Shown: positions 20,017 to 30,934 of the stretch, one piece after another
How positions within the stretch are numbered: position 1 is the first letter of the stretch
How the letters are laid out: each line of letters opens with the position of its first letter
Origin: an uncultured Eubacteriales bacterium
GTDB lineage: Bacteria > Bacillota_I > Bacilli_A > RFN20 > CAG-826
Assembly (NCBI GenBank): GCA_963652335.1
Contig: CAVJSS010000002.1
Span: forward strand, 97,330 to 161,329
Direction: 5' to 3'
DNA length: 64,000 nt
Notes under the pieces: model-generated
What the model was told of the DNA's origin: nothing
Seen by the model: the letters and a program-made list of their open reading frames with translations, nothing else
The model's database searches: none
Position numbers and translations under genes: made by a program

Positions 20017-20313
20017 ATGGAAAGAAACAACAGAACATCCTTCAGCGGCGTAGTCACTGCCATCAAGAATGACAAGACCATCACCGTCACCGTTTCCACC
20101 AAGCGCAACGACCCAATCTATGCGAAGCGTGTAGGCTATGCCAAAAAATTCTACGCCCATGATGAAAACAACGAATGCCGCGTCGGCGACACCGTCACCA
20201 TCATGGCTTGCCGCCCAATCTCCAAAACCAAGAGATTCCGCCTGGTAAGCATCGATAAGAAGTTCGTTTCCGCCGAGGAAGCCGTCGAAGAAGAAAACAA
20301 GGAGGCTGAATAA
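20017..20313 (+). CDS. rpsQ: 30S ribosomal protein S17
   Basis: 98 aa. Confidence 0.95.
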   Translation: MERNNRTSFSGVVTAIKNDKTITVTVSTKRNDPIYAKRVGYAKKFYAHDENNECRVGDTVTIMACRPISKTKRFRLVSIDKKFVSAEEAVEEENKEAE

Positions 20314-20315
20314 GC

Positions 20316-20684
20316 ATGGTTCAAAATGAGACCAATCTCGTAGTCGCCGATAATTCCGGCGCCCGCAGCGTCCGTGTCTTCCGTCAATTCGCCGGGAACC
20401 GCGTCAAATTCTCCAGCCTCGGAGACGTCGTCATGTGCGCCGTCAAAGACGCTTCCCCTTCCGGCAAGATCAAAAAAGGCCAAGTCGTCAAGGGCGTCAT
20501 CGTCCGCACCAAAAAGCCAGTCCAAAGAAAGGACGGCTCCACGATTGCGTTCGACGACAATGCGTTAGTCATCATCGATAACGATGGCAACCCAGTCGGC
20601 ACCCGTGTCTTCGGACCGGTCGCCCGTGAGCTCCGTGACAAGGGCTATATGAAAATCATCTCCCTTGCCATCGAAGTCTTATAA
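20316..20684 (+). CDS. rplN: 50S ribosomal protein L14
   Basis: 122 aa. Confidence 0.97.
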   Translation: MVQNETNLVVADNSGARSVRVFRQFAGNRVKFSSLGDVVMCAVKDASPSGKIKKGQVVKGVIVRTKKPVQRKDGSTIAFDDNALVIIDNDGNPVGTRVFGPVARELRDKGYMKIISLAIEVL

Positions 20685-20699
20685 GGAGAAGAAAAGATT

Positions 20700-21011
20700 A
20701 TGAACATCAAAAAAGGCGATAAAGTAATCGTTCTCTCCGGAGACGACAAAGGCAAGACCGGCATCGTTCAAAAGGTCTACCCAGAACTCAATAGGGTTGT
20801 CGTTGAGGGCGTGAACGTCCATAAGAAACACAACAAGCCGAATCAGCAGACCCAAGAAGGCAGCGTCTTGGACATCTATGTCCCTCTCGATGCTTCAAAA
20901 GTCGCGTTGATTGACCCAAAAACCAAAAAGGCCACCCGCGTCCACAAAAAGGTCGTCAATGGCAAAAAGATCCGCGTCGGTGGCTCTGGCGAGAGCCTCG
21001 AGGCGAAATAA
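20700..21011 (+). CDS. rplX: 50S ribosomal protein L24
   Basis: 103 aa with KOW motif. Confidence 0.95.
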   Translation: MNIKKGDKVIVLSGDDKGKTGIVQKVYPELNRVVVEGVNVHKKHNKPNQQTQEGSVLDIYVPLDASKVALIDPKTKKATRVHKKVVNGKKIRVGGSGESLEAK

Positions 21012-21024
21012 GGAGGAATGAAAA

Positions 21025-21570
21025 ATGGCAGAAAACCGCTTAAAAGCCCGTTATAAAGCTGAAATCGTTCCAGCCTTAGTCAAACAATTCGATTACAGCA
21101 CCGTGATGCAGGCCCCTCGCCTTGAGAAGGTCGTCATCAACATCGGTGCCGGAGATGCCACCACCAATGAAAAGGTCATCGAGGATTGCGTCAGGGAATT
21201 GGCGACCATCACCGGCCAAAAGCCAGTAGTCACCAAAGCCAAGAAATCCATCGCTACCTTCAAAGTCCGTGAAGGACAATCCATTGGCTGCAAAGTCACT
21301 CTCCGCGGAACCCGTATGTACGAATTCCTCGACAAATTGGTTTCTATCTCATTGCCACGCGTTCGCGACTTCCGCGGCGTCAGCAAGAACGCCTTCGATG
21401 GCCATGGCAATTACACCTTGGGCATCAAGGAGCAGCTCATCTTCCCTGAAATCGATTACGATAAGGTGAGCAAAATCCGCGGCATGGATATCGTCATCGT
21501 CACGACCGCCAATACCGATGAGGAAGCTTATGCTTTGCTCAAGGAAATCGGCATGCCGTTTAAGAAATAA
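21025..21570 (+). CDS. rplE: 50S ribosomal protein L5
   Basis: 181 aa. Confidence 0.97.
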   Translation: MAENRLKARYKAEIVPALVKQFDYSTVMQAPRLEKVVINIGAGDATTNEKVIEDCVRELATITGQKPVVTKAKKSIATFKVREGQSIGCKVTLRGTRMYEFLDKLVSISLPRVRDFRGVSKNAFDGHGNYTLGIKEQLIFPEIDYDKVSKIRGMDIVIVTTANTDEEAYALLKEIGMPFKK

Positions 21571-21580
21571 GGAGTAACCC

Positions 21581-21766
21581 ATGGCTAAAACTAGTTTGAA
21601 AGTCAAATGTGAGCGCCCGGTTAAATTCTCTACCCGCGCTTACACCCGCTGCAAGCGCTGTGGGCGTCCTCATGGCGTCATCCGCAAATTCGGATTATGC
21701 CGCATCTGCATCCGCGAACTCGCTTATAAGGGCGAGATTCCTGGAATGAAGAAAGCATCTTGGTAA
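21581..21766 (+). CDS. rpsN: 30S ribosomal protein S14 type Z (zinc-ribbon)
   Basis: 61 aa with CxxC...CxxC (CKRCGRP...CRIC). Confidence 0.95.
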   Translation: MAKTSLKVKCERPVKFSTRAYTRCKRCGRPHGVIRKFGLCRICIRELAYKGEIPGMKKASW

Positions 21767-21787
21767 TAGGAAGGAGACAATAGAAAT

Positions 21788-22183
21788 ATGAACGCAGACC
21801 CAATCGCGGATATGCTTACCCGCATTCGCAACGCAAACGCTTTACGTTATGAGACCGTCTCCATGCCTTATAGCAAAATGAAGCAAGCCATCGCTGACAT
21901 CTTGGTCAAAGAAGGCTTCATCGTCTCGGCTGTCTTCGATGGCGAAGGCGTTAAGAAAAACTTAACCATCACCCTCAAATACGGCCCAACCGGCGAACGT
22001 GCCATCACTGGTTTGAAGCGCATCTCCAAGCCAGGCCTCCGCGCCAACGCTCAGTGCGACAAGCTCCCACGCGTCCTTGGCGGATTAGGCATCGCCATCA
22101 TCTCCACGAGCAAAGGCTTATTGACCGATGCTGAGGCCCGCAAGGCCAACGTCGGCGGCGAAGTCCTCTGCTACGTTTGGTAA
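21788..22183 (+). CDS. rpsH: 30S ribosomal protein S8
   Basis: 131 aa. Confidence 0.97.
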   Translation: MNADPIADMLTRIRNANALRYETVSMPYSKMKQAIADILVKEGFIVSAVFDGEGVKKNLTITLKYGPTGERAITGLKRISKPGLRANAQCDKLPRVLGGLGIAIISTSKGLLTDAEARKANVGGEVLCYVW

Positions 22184-22201
22184 TAAGGAGTATCTGAAGA
22201 T

Positions 22202-22744
22202 ATGAGTAGAATCGGATTGAAACCCGTCGCTCTTCCGGAGGGAGTCACTTGCACTCTCAATGAAGGGACTGCCGTCATCAAAGGTTCCAAAGGCGAAGTA
22301 AGCGTCCATCTTCCAAAGGACGTTAGCGTCTCTCTTACCGACGGCGTGTTATCTGTTAAGCCAATCGGCGAAGATACCCCGTGCACTGGCACGACCGTCG
22401 CCAACCTTCTAAATGCCGTCAAAGGCGTCACCGAAGGCTGGAAGAAGGAACTCGAAGTAGCCGGCACCGGTTATCGCTGTTCCATCAAAAACGGCAACAT
22501 CGTCATGTTCTTGGGCTACAGCCACGAGATCAGCGTTGCCCCAGTTGGCAAATTCACCAAAATCACCTGCCCAAGCGAAACGACCATCACCGTCGAGGGC
22601 TGCGACAAGCAGGAAGTCGGCCAAACTGCCGCTCTTATCTATGATTGCCATCGTCCAGACGTCTATGGCAACAAGGGTGTCCACTATAAGGGCCAAAAGA
22701 TGATCAAGAAAGTCGGCAAACGCGCCGCTTCCGGCAAGAAATAA
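22202..22744 (+). CDS. rplF: 50S ribosomal protein L6
   Basis: 180 aa. Confidence 0.97.
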   Translation: MSRIGLKPVALPEGVTCTLNEGTAVIKGSKGEVSVHLPKDVSVSLTDGVLSVKPIGEDTPCTGTTVANLLNAVKGVTEGWKKELEVAGTGYRCSIKNGNIVMFLGYSHEISVAPVGKFTKITCPSETTITVEGCDKQEVGQTAALIYDCHRPDVYGNKGVHYKGQKMIKKVGKRAASGKK

Positions 22745-22760
22745 GGAAAGGAGATAAGAC

Positions 22761-23117
22761 ATGATCAAAAAAGAATCCCGCAATTCCATGAGACAACGCC
22801 GTCATTTGCGTGTCCGTGAAAAAGTGAATGGCACCGCCGAGTGTCCACGTCTTGTCGTCTTCCGCAGCAACAAGAACATCGAAGCCCAAATCATCGATGA
22901 CGTCAAAGGCCACACCTTGGTCGCCTCCTCCTCCGTCGCCCTCAAATTGAGCGATGGCGGAAACAAAGAAGGCGCTGCCAAAGTCGGTGCCGACGTCGCC
23001 GCCAAGGCCTTAGCCGCTGGCATCACCAAAGTCGTCTTTGACCGCGGTGGATACGTATATCATGGCCGTGTCGCCGCCTTAGCCGACGCCGCTAGAGAAG
23101 GAGGACTCGTTTTCTAA
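22761..23117 (+). CDS. rplR: 50S ribosomal protein L18
   Basis: 118 aa. Confidence 0.95.
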   Translation: MIKKESRNSMRQRRHLRVREKVNGTAECPRLVVFRSNKNIEAQIIDDVKGHTLVASSSVALKLSDGGNKEGAAKVGADVAAKALAAGITKVVFDRGGYVYHGRVAALADAAREGGLVF

Positions 23118-23129
23118 CGAGATAGACTT

Positions 23130-23816
23130 ATGGAAGAAACCAAGAAAGTTGAAACTGAAGCAGTTGCCTCCAATAAACCGGCGAACGCTGGCCGTCCTGC
23201 CGATCGCAAAAACGGTGGAGCCCACAAGGGCGGCCGTCCTGCCGATCGCCGCGGACAACGTGGCGGATTCCGTCGCGACGAAAATGAATACAAAGATCGC
23301 GTCGTCAACATCAACCGCATCAGCCGTACCGAAAAAGGCGGCAAGCATATGCGTTTCGATGCTCTCGTCGTCATCGGCGATGGCAAAGGCAAATACGGAT
23401 TCGCTCTCCGCAAATCCGGTGAAGTGCCTGATGCCGTCAAAAAGGCTTTGACCGCAGCCAAAAAGAACACCTATACCATCAAAATCAGCAAAAACGGCAC
23501 CATCGCTCATGAGGTCGTCGGCAAATTCGGCGATACCCGCGTTCTCTTGAAACCAGCCCCAGCTGGCACCGGTATCGTTGCCGGTGGCGCCGTCCGTGCC
23601 ATCTTGGAATTGGCCGGCATCAAAAACGTCGTTTCCAAGGTTTATGGTTCCCGTACCCCAATCAACGTCATTCGCGCCACTGACGCCGGACTTCGTTCCT
23701 TGAAGGAATATGGCAAAGTCATGGTCCTTCGTGGATTGAAGATCCCTGAAGAAATCAAAGCTTCTTCTCGCCCAGCAGGCAAAAAACATTACGAGAAACC
23801 AGAGGGAGGCAAGTAA
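23130..23816 (+). CDS. rpsE: 30S ribosomal protein S5 with ~50 aa N-terminal extension
   Basis: 228 aa. S5 core begins around KDRVVNINRISRTEKGG. Basic/Gly-rich N-terminal extension. Confidence 0.93.
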   Translation: MEETKKVETEAVASNKPANAGRPADRKNGGAHKGGRPADRRGQRGGFRRDENEYKDRVVNINRISRTEKGGKHMRFDALVVIGDGKGKYGFALRKSGEVPDAVKKALTAAKKNTYTIKISKNGTIAHEVVGKFGDTRVLLKPAPAGTGIVAGGAVRAILELAGIKNVVSKVYGSRTPINVIRATDAGLRSLKEYGKVMVLRGLKIPEEIKASSRPAGKKHYEKPEGGK

Positions 23817-23818
23817 TA

Positions 23819-24265
23819 ATGGCTACTTCATTATCTGATATCAAAGTCGTCGAAGGTTCCAAATTCGAGCATTGGCGCAGAGGCCAAGGCGTTGGCTCCG
23901 GCAACGGCAAAACCGCCGGCAAGGGACAAAAAGGCCAAGGCGCCCACGCCCATACCAAGAAAAACGGATTCGAAGGCGGCCAGATGCCGCTTAACCGCCG
24001 TCTCCCTAAATTCGGCTTCCGCAATTTCACTCGCGTCGAATTCGTTCCTGTCAACCTCGACAAACTCAACGTCTTCGAAGACAATGAGGATGTCACCGTC
24101 GAGAAATTGATCGAAAAAGGCATTGTCAAAAAGAGCGCCGGAAAGGTCAAAATCTTAGGCAAAGGAACTTTAGAAAAGACTCTCAACGTAAAAGCTGACG
24201 CCTTCTCCGCCTCCGCTAAGGAAGCCATCGAAGGAAAAGGCGGAAAGGCCGAGGTCCTTAAATAA
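23819..24265 (+). CDS. rplO: 50S ribosomal protein L15
   Basis: 148 aa. Starts 2 nt after the rpsE stop, so no rpmD (L30) in between. Confidence 0.95.
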   Translation: MATSLSDIKVVEGSKFEHWRRGQGVGSGNGKTAGKGQKGQGAHAHTKKNGFEGGQMPLNRRLPKFGFRNFTRVEFVPVNLDKLNVFEDNEDVTVEKLIEKGIVKKSAGKVKILGKGTLEKTLNVKADAFSASAKEAIEGKGGKAEVLK

Positions 24266-25626
24266 TGAAAAAGTTCGTCTCGATTTTCAAAAACAAGGAG
24301 ATTGTCAATCGTATTTTCTTTACGATCATGATCCTTTTGGTTCTACGAATCGGGGCGGCAATTCATGTTCCGGGCGTCGACCCTTCCAAAATGGATGACA
24401 TGATCAATTCGGGCTCTGCCCTTTCGATCATGAACCTCCTCGGAGGTGGCGCGTTAAGCAACTTCTCCGTCTTCGCGTTAGGTGTCTCGCCTTATATTAC
24501 CGCCCAGATTATCGTCCAGCTGTTATCCAAAGACGTCCTCCCTGCTTTGACTGAATTATCGAAGCAAGGCGAATATGGTCGCAAAAAGATCGCGATGGCC
24601 ACCCGCTACCTCACCTTGTTGTTAGGCGCGGTTCAAGGCTATGGCATCATCAAAACCATGGAAAACAGCGATTATATCACCATAACATTGCAGACAAACT
24701 TCTGGACCTACGCCTATATCGTCACCGTTTTGTTGGCTGGCGCTATGCTTACGATGTGGTTGGGTGACCAAATCACTGAAAAAGGCTTAGGTAACGGTAT
24801 ATCTGTGATCATCTTCGCCGGATGCGTCAGATCGCTTCCGACCCAGATCACCACTGGCTGGAACAAATGGATCACGAACAATCTGTCGCGTTCCAGCACC
24901 GAAATAATCCGCGGTTCATTCCAATTCGCGCTTTATATATTGGCGATGGTCCTTATCGTATCATTCGTCGTATTCATGGAATTGAGCCGTCGAAAGATAC
25001 CTGTCCAACACGCCAACAAGTCTGGCGGACAATCAATGGCCCGCGCTTCATTCCTTCCTATCAAAGTTAACAGCGCCGGCGTCATCCCTGTCATCTTTGC
25101 CTCTTCCATCATGGCTGCTCCGCAAGTCATCGCATCGTTCATCTCGAGCGAAGCATCCCAAGCCGAATGGCTGAAGATCTTCAACTACAACGAGACGTTC
25201 ACGATGCCTTGGTTTAACGGGAACACCTGGGAAATGGACTGGGGCTTAGTGATATATTTGGTTCTCATCTTGGTCTTCTCGTTCTTCTATTCCCAAATGG
25301 AAATCGATCCTGCCAAGATGGCCGAGAACTTCCAAAAGAGCGGAGCCTATATCCCAGGCATCCGCCCTGGCAAAGAAACCGAACGTTATGTTTCGAAAGT
25401 TCTTAACCGCGTTACCTTCATCGGAGCTTGGGCCCTCGTGCTCATCGCTGCCTTGCCTATAATTTTGACTCTTACCAACGTCTTCGATGGCGATACCTCG
25501 CTATCTTTGGGCGGCACCGGTTTGATCATCATCGTCGGCGTGGCTCTCGAAATCAACGCTCAGATCGATGGCTTATTGGCTGGGAAGAGCTTCGACAAAG
25601 CGAAAGAGGCCGCCGCAAAGGTATAA
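24265..25626 (+). CDS. secY: preprotein translocase subunit SecY
   Basis: 453 aa, 10 TM. TAATG overlap with rplO. Confidence 0.97.
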   Translation: MKKFVSIFKNKEIVNRIFFTIMILLVLRIGAAIHVPGVDPSKMDDMINSGSALSIMNLLGGGALSNFSVFALGVSPYITAQIIVQLLSKDVLPALTELSKQGEYGRKKIAMATRYLTLLLGAVQGYGIIKTMENSDYITITLQTNFWTYAYIVTVLLAGAMLTMWLGDQITEKGLGNGISVIIFAGCVRSLPTQITTGWNKWITNNLSRSSTEIIRGSFQFALYILAMVLIVSFVVFMELSRRKIPVQHANKSGGQSMARASFLPIKVNSAGVIPVIFASSIMAAPQVIASFISSEASQAEWLKIFNYNETFTMPWFNGNTWEMDWGLVIYLVLILVFSFFYSQMEIDPAKMAENFQKSGAYIPGIRPGKETERYVSKVLNRVTFIGAWALVLIAALPIILTLTNVFDGDTSLSLGGTGLIIIVGVALEINAQIDGLLAGKSFDKAKEAAAKV

Positions 25627-25632
25627 TAAGAT

Positions 25633-26277
25633 ATGAAAATCATTCTTATGGGCCCTCCGGGTGCTGGAAAAGGCACGCACGCCAAGTGGATGGCAAAAGA
25701 TTATTCGATCCCCCACATTTCCACTGGTGACATGTTTCGCGAAGCCATCGCTTCCGGTTCGGAACTCGGCAACAAAATCAAAGACGTCATCGATTCAGGA
25801 AATCTCGTTTCCGACGAGCTTACCTGCCAATTGGTGAAAGAGAGGCTTTCTCAGCCTGACTGCGCAAACGGATATCTGCTAGACGGATTTCCACGCACGA
25901 TCCCTCAGGCTGAGGCCCTTAACAACATGGGCGAAGATATCATCCCAACCCATGTCGTCAACATCTCCTGCCCAGAGGATATCTTGGTGTCACGCATCGC
26001 TGGCAGACGCGTCTGCCCAAAATGCGGCGCTAGCTTCAATGTCAACACGATGAAGCCGGAAAAAGAAGGAGTTTGCGATTATTGCTCATCTCCTCTTATC
26101 CAACGCAAAGACGACAACAAGGATTCCTTCAAAATCAGGCTGGACAACTACCACCTGAGCACTGCCCCCCTTCTTGATTATTATAAGGGGAAAGGCATCT
26201 TGCTCGACTTCAAGGGAGAGGACGAAACCTCCAAAGTCAAAGCTTCCATCAAGAAATCCTTGGGAGGCAAAAAATGA
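25633..26277 (+). CDS. adk: adenylate kinase
   Basis: 214 aa. P-loop GPPGAGKGT. Zn-lid CPKCG...CDYC. Confidence 0.97.
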   Translation: MKIILMGPPGAGKGTHAKWMAKDYSIPHISTGDMFREAIASGSELGNKIKDVIDSGNLVSDELTCQLVKERLSQPDCANGYLLDGFPRTIPQAEALNNMGEDIIPTHVVNISCPEDILVSRIAGRRVCPKCGASFNVNTMKPEKEGVCDYCSSPLIQRKDDNKDSFKIRLDNYHLSTAPLLDYYKGKGILLDFKGEDETSKVKASIKKSLGGKK

Positions 26278-27023
26278 TCATCCTTAAGTCGCCTCGTGAG
26301 ATCGCTCTCATGAGGGAAGCAGGACTAATCTGCGACGCCGTTTTCGCCAAGATGGCGGAAATGATCGCTCCAGGAATAACGACGCAAGAACTTAACGATG
26401 CGGCAGAACGCGTCATGATCGAACATGGCGCGATCTCCGCTGAAAAAGGCTATTACGGTTATCCTGGCGCCATATGCGCCTCAGTCAACGAAGTCCTCTT
26501 ACATGGCATCCCATCCCCAAAGAAAATCTTAAGGGATGGCGACATCATCTCCATTGACATTGTGGTAAAGAAAGACGGCTATTGCGCCGACGCATGCAGA
26601 ACCTATCCGGTCGGCATCGTCAAAGAGCATGCCCTCAAACTTATCAAAGTCACCGAAGAAGCTTTCTGGAGCGGAGTCAAACTCGTCAAAGAAGGCGTTC
26701 ATCTTGGCGATGTCGAACACGCCATACAAGTCATGGCCGAATCAAACGGCTATTCCGTTGCAAGGGAATTCACTGGGCACGGAATCGGCAAAGAAATGCA
26801 CGAAGACCCCTATATCCCAAATTATGGGACTCCGGGCGCTGGCCCAATCTTGAAAGCCGGCATGACGTTGGCCATCGAACCGATGGTCATGGAAGGAAAG
26901 CCTGCCTTGCGCACCCTTCCAGATGGCTGGACGACCGTTACCAAAGACGGCAAATATTCCGCTCATTACGAAAACACCATCGTCGTGACCAAAGATGGCT
27001 ACGAGGTGCTAACGATTCGCTAA
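26274..27023 (+). CDS. map: type I methionine aminopeptidase
   Basis: 249 aa. ATGA overlap with adk. Confidence 0.95.
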   Translation: MIILKSPREIALMREAGLICDAVFAKMAEMIAPGITTQELNDAAERVMIEHGAISAEKGYYGYPGAICASVNEVLLHGIPSPKKILRDGDIISIDIVVKKDGYCADACRTYPVGIVKEHALKLIKVTEEAFWSGVKLVKEGVHLGDVEHAIQVMAESNGYSVAREFTGHGIGKEMHEDPYIPNYGTPGAGPILKAGMTLAIEPMVMEGKPALRTLPDGWTTVTKDGKYSAHYENTIVVTKDGYEVLTIR

Positions 27024-27036
27024 AAGGAGACTAACA

Positions 27037-27258
27037 TTGGCAAAAGAAGAATGTCTAGAAATCGAAGCCACGGTATTAGAAACGTTGCCTAATGCCAACT
27101 TCAAGGTGAAACTCGCCAACGGCGCGGTAGTCCAAGCCTGCGTTTCGGGCAAAATCCGTATGCACTACATACGCATTCTCCCCGGTGACCGAGTTACCGT
27201 TCAGTTCTCACCTTATGACTTAACACGCGGGCGTATCACATTCCGATACAAAAATTAG
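27037..27258 (+). CDS. infA: translation initiation factor IF-1 (TTG start)
   Basis: 73 aa S1-like. Start codon TTG at 27037 behind SD AAAAGGAGA. Confidence 0.93.
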   Translation: MAKEECLEIEATVLETLPNANFKVKLANGAVVQACVSGKIRMHYIRILPGDRVTVQFSPYDLTRGRITFRYKN

Positions 27259-27270
27259 GAGAAAGCATTT

Positions 27271-27384
27271 ATGAAAGTCAGACCATCTGTCAAACCAATC
27301 TGCAATAAGTGCAGAATCATCCGCCGTCACGGCGTGGTCATGTGCATTTGCCCTAATCCAAAGCACAAGCAAAGACAAGGTTAA
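27271..27384 (+). CDS. rpmJ: 50S ribosomal protein L36
   Basis: Not in the ORF track because it is too short. Translates to [37 protein letters not shown] (37 aa, Zn-ribbon). SD AGGAGAAAG upstream. Confidence 0.9.
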   Translation: MKVRPSVKPICNKCRIIRRHGVVMCICPNPKHKQRQG

Positions 27385-27406
27385 TTAAAAGGAGCAAACG
27401 AATTTT

Positions 27407-27781
27407 ATGGCACGTATTGCAGGGGTTGATATCCCAAACGAGAAGCGCGTCGTCACCAGCCTTACCTATATCTACGGCATTGGCCCAACGACCGCCAAGA
27501 AAATTTGTCAAGCCGCTAAGGTTGACACCGAAATCCGTGTTAAGAACCTTACCGACGAACAGTTGACCGCCATCCGTAACGAAGTCGCCGAAGTCAAAAC
27601 CGAAGGTGACCTCCGTCGCGAAGTCGCGCTCAACATCAAACGTTTAACCGAAATCGGTTGCTATCGCGGATTGCGCCACAAGCATGGCTTGCCAGTCCGT
27701 GGACAGCGTACCAAAACCAATGCGCGTACCCGTAAGGGTCGCAGAAAGACCATCGCCAACAAGAAGATGGCCACCAGATAA
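27407..27781 (+). CDS. rpsM: 30S ribosomal protein S13
   Basis: 124 aa. Confidence 0.97.
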   Translation: MARIAGVDIPNEKRVVTSLTYIYGIGPTTAKKICQAAKVDTEIRVKNLTDEQLTAIRNEVAEVKTEGDLRREVALNIKRLTEIGCYRGLRHKHGLPVRGQRTKTNARTRKGRRKTIANKKMATR

Positions 27782-27795
27782 GGAGGATATGACTA

Positions 27796-28191
27796 ATGGC
27801 TCAAAAGAAAACGACCAGCGCCCGCAAAAAGAAAGTCAAGCGCTCGTATGTCCGTGGCGTAGCTCACATTCACTCCACTTTCAACAACACCATCGTTTCC
27901 ATCACCGATCAGCAAGGCAACGTCATTGCCTGGTCCTCAGCCGGTGCGTTGGGTTATCATGGCGCCAAGAAATCCACCCCGTTCGTAGCCCAATTGGCTG
28001 GCGAAGCGGCCGGCAAGAGCGCCTATGACCAAGGTCTCCGCCAAATCGATGTCGATATCAAAGGCGCAGGCCCAGGCCGTGAATCAGCCGTCCGCGCCCT
28101 CGGAGTCGTCGGTCTTCAGATCTTATCGATCGTAGATACCACCCCGATTCCACATAATGGATGCCGTCCTCCAAAGAAACCAAGAGGCTAA
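27796..28191 (+). CDS. rpsK: 30S ribosomal protein S11
   Basis: 131 aa. Confidence 0.97.
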   Translation: MAQKKTTSARKKKVKRSYVRGVAHIHSTFNNTIVSITDQQGNVIAWSSAGALGYHGAKKSTPFVAQLAGEAAGKSAYDQGLRQIDVDIKGAGPGRESAVRALGVVGLQILSIVDTTPIPHNGCRPPKKPRG

Positions 28192-28266
28192 TCGCTTCTT
28201 TGTCACTTCTATCCGCTCGGATAGACAAATAACGGCAGTTATTATCTAGGAGGAAATAAAAAAATA

Positions 28267-29265
28267 ATGACTAACGAAAACGTCCAATCCATCCAACTTC
28301 CGAACCCATTCCAATCCTTCGATATCAAAGTTGACGCCAACGATGAAGCCAATCACTATGCCCGTTTCGTGATCGAACCTCTCGAAAGAGGCTTCGGCAC
28401 GACCATCGGAAACGCCCTTCGCCGCGTCTTGCTCTCCGCACTTCCAGGCGCCAGCATCTTCGCGATAGAAATCGAAGGCGTACGCCACGAATTCTCTTCC
28501 ATAACCGGCGTTGAAGAAGACGTCACCGCGATCATTCTCAACTTAAAGGATTTGGTCCTTAAGATCGAAGACACCGATCCTAATGCCGTCAAAAAGATCG
28601 AAGTCGATTTCCATGGCGCAGGCACGTTGACCGCTGGAGATTTGTCTCTCCCAGCCTTAGTCAGCGTCGTCAATCCGGATTTGGAAATTGCCCATCTTAA
28701 CGAAGAAGGCCATATCAAGATGACTATCTATGCCTCCCAAGGACGCGGATATGTCACCAACAAAGCCAACAAGATCGATCGTAACATCACCACAATCGGC
28801 GTTATTCCGACCGATAGCAACTATTCGCCGGTCACCAAAGTCGCCTATGCCGTCGAGCCAACCCGCGTTGAGCACGATAGCAAATTCGACAAGCTCACCC
28901 TCGAAGTTACCACCAATGGTTCCGTCAATCCTGACGAAGCCGTCGCGATGGCTGCCCAACTTCTTATCGGTCACTTGCAGAAATTCGTCTCTCTTAACGA
29001 GATCGTGAAGAACTACAAGCTCGATAAAGAAGAAACGGTCGTCGAAGAAAACAAATATCAGGAAATGATGATCGAAGAACTCGATCTGTCAGTCCGTTCT
29101 AACAATTGCCTCAAGCGCGCTGGCATCAGCACCGTCATGGAACTTACCCAAAAATCCGAAGGCGAAATGATGAAAGTCCGCAACCTCGGCAAGAAGTCGC
29201 TTAAAGAAGTCAAAGAGAAGTTAGCCTCCATTGGCTTGCACTTCCGTGACAGCGTAGGAGATTAA
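28267..29265 (+). CDS. rpoA: DNA-directed RNA polymerase subunit alpha
   Basis: 332 aa. Confidence 0.97.
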   Translation: MTNENVQSIQLPNPFQSFDIKVDANDEANHYARFVIEPLERGFGTTIGNALRRVLLSALPGASIFAIEIEGVRHEFSSITGVEEDVTAIILNLKDLVLKIEDTDPNAVKKIEVDFHGAGTLTAGDLSLPALVSVVNPDLEIAHLNEEGHIKMTIYASQGRGYVTNKANKIDRNITTIGVIPTDSNYSPVTKVAYAVEPTRVEHDSKFDKLTLEVTTNGSVNPDEAVAMAAQLLIGHLQKFVSLNEIVKNYKLDKEETVVEENKYQEMMIEELDLSVRSNNCLKRAGISTVMELTQKSEGEMMKVRNLGKKSLKEVKEKLASIGLHFRDSVGD

Positions 29266-29268
29266 TTT

Positions 29269-29673
29269 ATGGCAGCACAAGGCAGAAAGAATGTTCATGG
29301 CAAAACCGGTGTCCGTTTCAAGGCGGCTTACACCCCATCCAAAAACAAAGCCATGCTTCGCAACGTCGTGAGCGAGCTTATCGTTCATGGCCAAGTCAAG
29401 GTCACCTCTGGCGTTTCTAAGGATTTGGTTTCCTTAGCCGACAAGATGGTTACCTTAGGCAAAAAGGGCGATGTCGCGGCCCGTCGTCAGGCGGCTCGCG
29501 TCCTTCGCAACGGCATCGCCGATGAAAAAGGCAACAACGCCCTTAACAAACTCTTCAATGAAATCGCCCCCAAGTTCGCGTCCCGCAATGGTGGTTATAC
29601 CCATCAATATAAGCTCGGCGCCCGTCGTGGCGACAATGCCCAAGTCGTTTTGGTAACCTGGGTCGAAGACTAA
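29269..29673 (+). CDS. rplQ: 50S ribosomal protein L17
   Basis: 134 aa. Confidence 0.95.
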   Translation: MAAQGRKNVHGKTGVRFKAAYTPSKNKAMLRNVVSELIVHGQVKVTSGVSKDLVSLADKMVTLGKKGDVAARRQAARVLRNGIADEKGNNALNKLFNEIAPKFASRNGGYTHQYKLGARRGDNAQVVLVTWVED

Positions 29674-29745
29674 AATCAAATGATTAACGGTCTCTTAATA
29701 AAGAGGCTGTTTTTCTTTTTGCCGAATTAGTGGTTAAATATATCC

Positions 29746-30678
29746 ATGAAATCTATACGTTATCCACTTATTACCGTTTTGGCGGTTTTTATTATTCTCC
29801 TTGGTTTTGGCAGCTCAATGGATCTATCGGTCGCCAAAGGCATCTATTCCACAAGTGGCTTTGCTTATGGCTTTGGGATGTCCATGGCTGCTTTCTCGAT
29901 GTATTTGGGGTATGCGATATATTCCCTCTTTGCCGGCGCACTTTTCCATCTATCCATCAAATTCGAATGGAAAAAATGGATAAAAGCAGTTCTCATCGTT
30001 TTAAGTGTCCTATGCTACGCAGCATCGGTTTATTTTTCAGGCAAAGAGCCTTTTTCGGTGAACGGATATAACAACAAGAACCTTGTTTGGCTCGGATATG
30101 TCATCGCGCTTGTTTTGAATTTCGGATTCGGAATCGGTGGGTGGTTCATCAGCAAGAAAATCAACGACAAAGCGTTAGTAAAAGTTATCTTAATCGTTTT
30201 AGCTTGCATCGTTTTTTCGATGTTGGCTGGCTTACAAGGCCTTAAAGCCATTTTTCACCGCCCAAGATTCAGATATTTAGTCAACGAAGAATTGATGGGT
30301 TTCACCCCTTGGTGGAAGGCAACCACGACTTATAAGGAATTGTTGGAAAGATTCTCAGTCGATCACCCATATATAACCAAAGAGGAATTCAAATCATTCC
30401 CTTCAGGTCATGCAGGCGTAAGCTGCACGCTTATGATATTGGCTTCCTTCCTTCCTTTATTTGGGAAAAAAGCCGCGAAATGGCAAATCCCCGCATTTAT
30501 CCTTGGATTCGTTTGGACTTTACTGGTTTGCTTATCGCGCATGATCGTTGGAGCGCATTACCTTTCTGATGTATCGATGGGCTGCTTGGTTAGCCTTTTA
30601 TGTTTCTTTGTCGGCAACGAATCGATGATAAAAAGCAAGAATATCCAAACTTCATTGCAAGAATTGATTGTTAAGTGA
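29746..30678 (+). CDS. PAP2-family membrane phosphatase
   Basis: 310 aa polytopic. PAP2 motifs PSGH (FPSGHAG) and SRxxxxxHxxxD (LSRMIVGAHYLSDV). Confidence 0.75.
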   Translation: MKSIRYPLITVLAVFIILLGFGSSMDLSVAKGIYSTSGFAYGFGMSMAAFSMYLGYAIYSLFAGALFHLSIKFEWKKWIKAVLIVLSVLCYAASVYFSGKEPFSVNGYNNKNLVWLGYVIALVLNFGFGIGGWFISKKINDKALVKVILIVLACIVFSMLAGLQGLKAIFHRPRFRYLVNEELMGFTPWWKATTTYKELLERFSVDHPYITKEEFKSFPSGHAGVSCTLMILASFLPLFGKKAAKWQIPAFILGFVWTLLVCLSRMIVGAHYLSDVSMGCLVSLLCFFVGNESMIKSKNIQTSLQELIVK

Positions 30679-30934
30679 GAACCACTTATCAAAACCATGA
30701 GAGGAGATTTATGATCGATTAGAAACGAAAAGCGCAAGCGTTGAGGCATTATCACAAATGCCGCAACATGGCCGAGATGCTGAATAAATACTCGGCTTGC
30801 ACGAGGATGACGCTCTGCAAGAGAAAGCGAACAGCCAACTTTGACTTTATGAAAGGCCTGATTTTCTAATTGATCGTCTTTTGCTGGAAGGGCTTTTATT
30901 TAATAAATAAAAAGCGAAGGCATAATATATAATC

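Noticed and set aside
30740-30767. 11-bp imperfect stem-loop (GTTGAGGCATT-atcaca-AATGCCGCAAC) in the 256-nt gap after the PAP2 gene. Possible sRNA or terminator.
   Set aside because: No U-tract, no recognisable promoter, and a single isolated hairpin. Insufficient to call an RNA gene.
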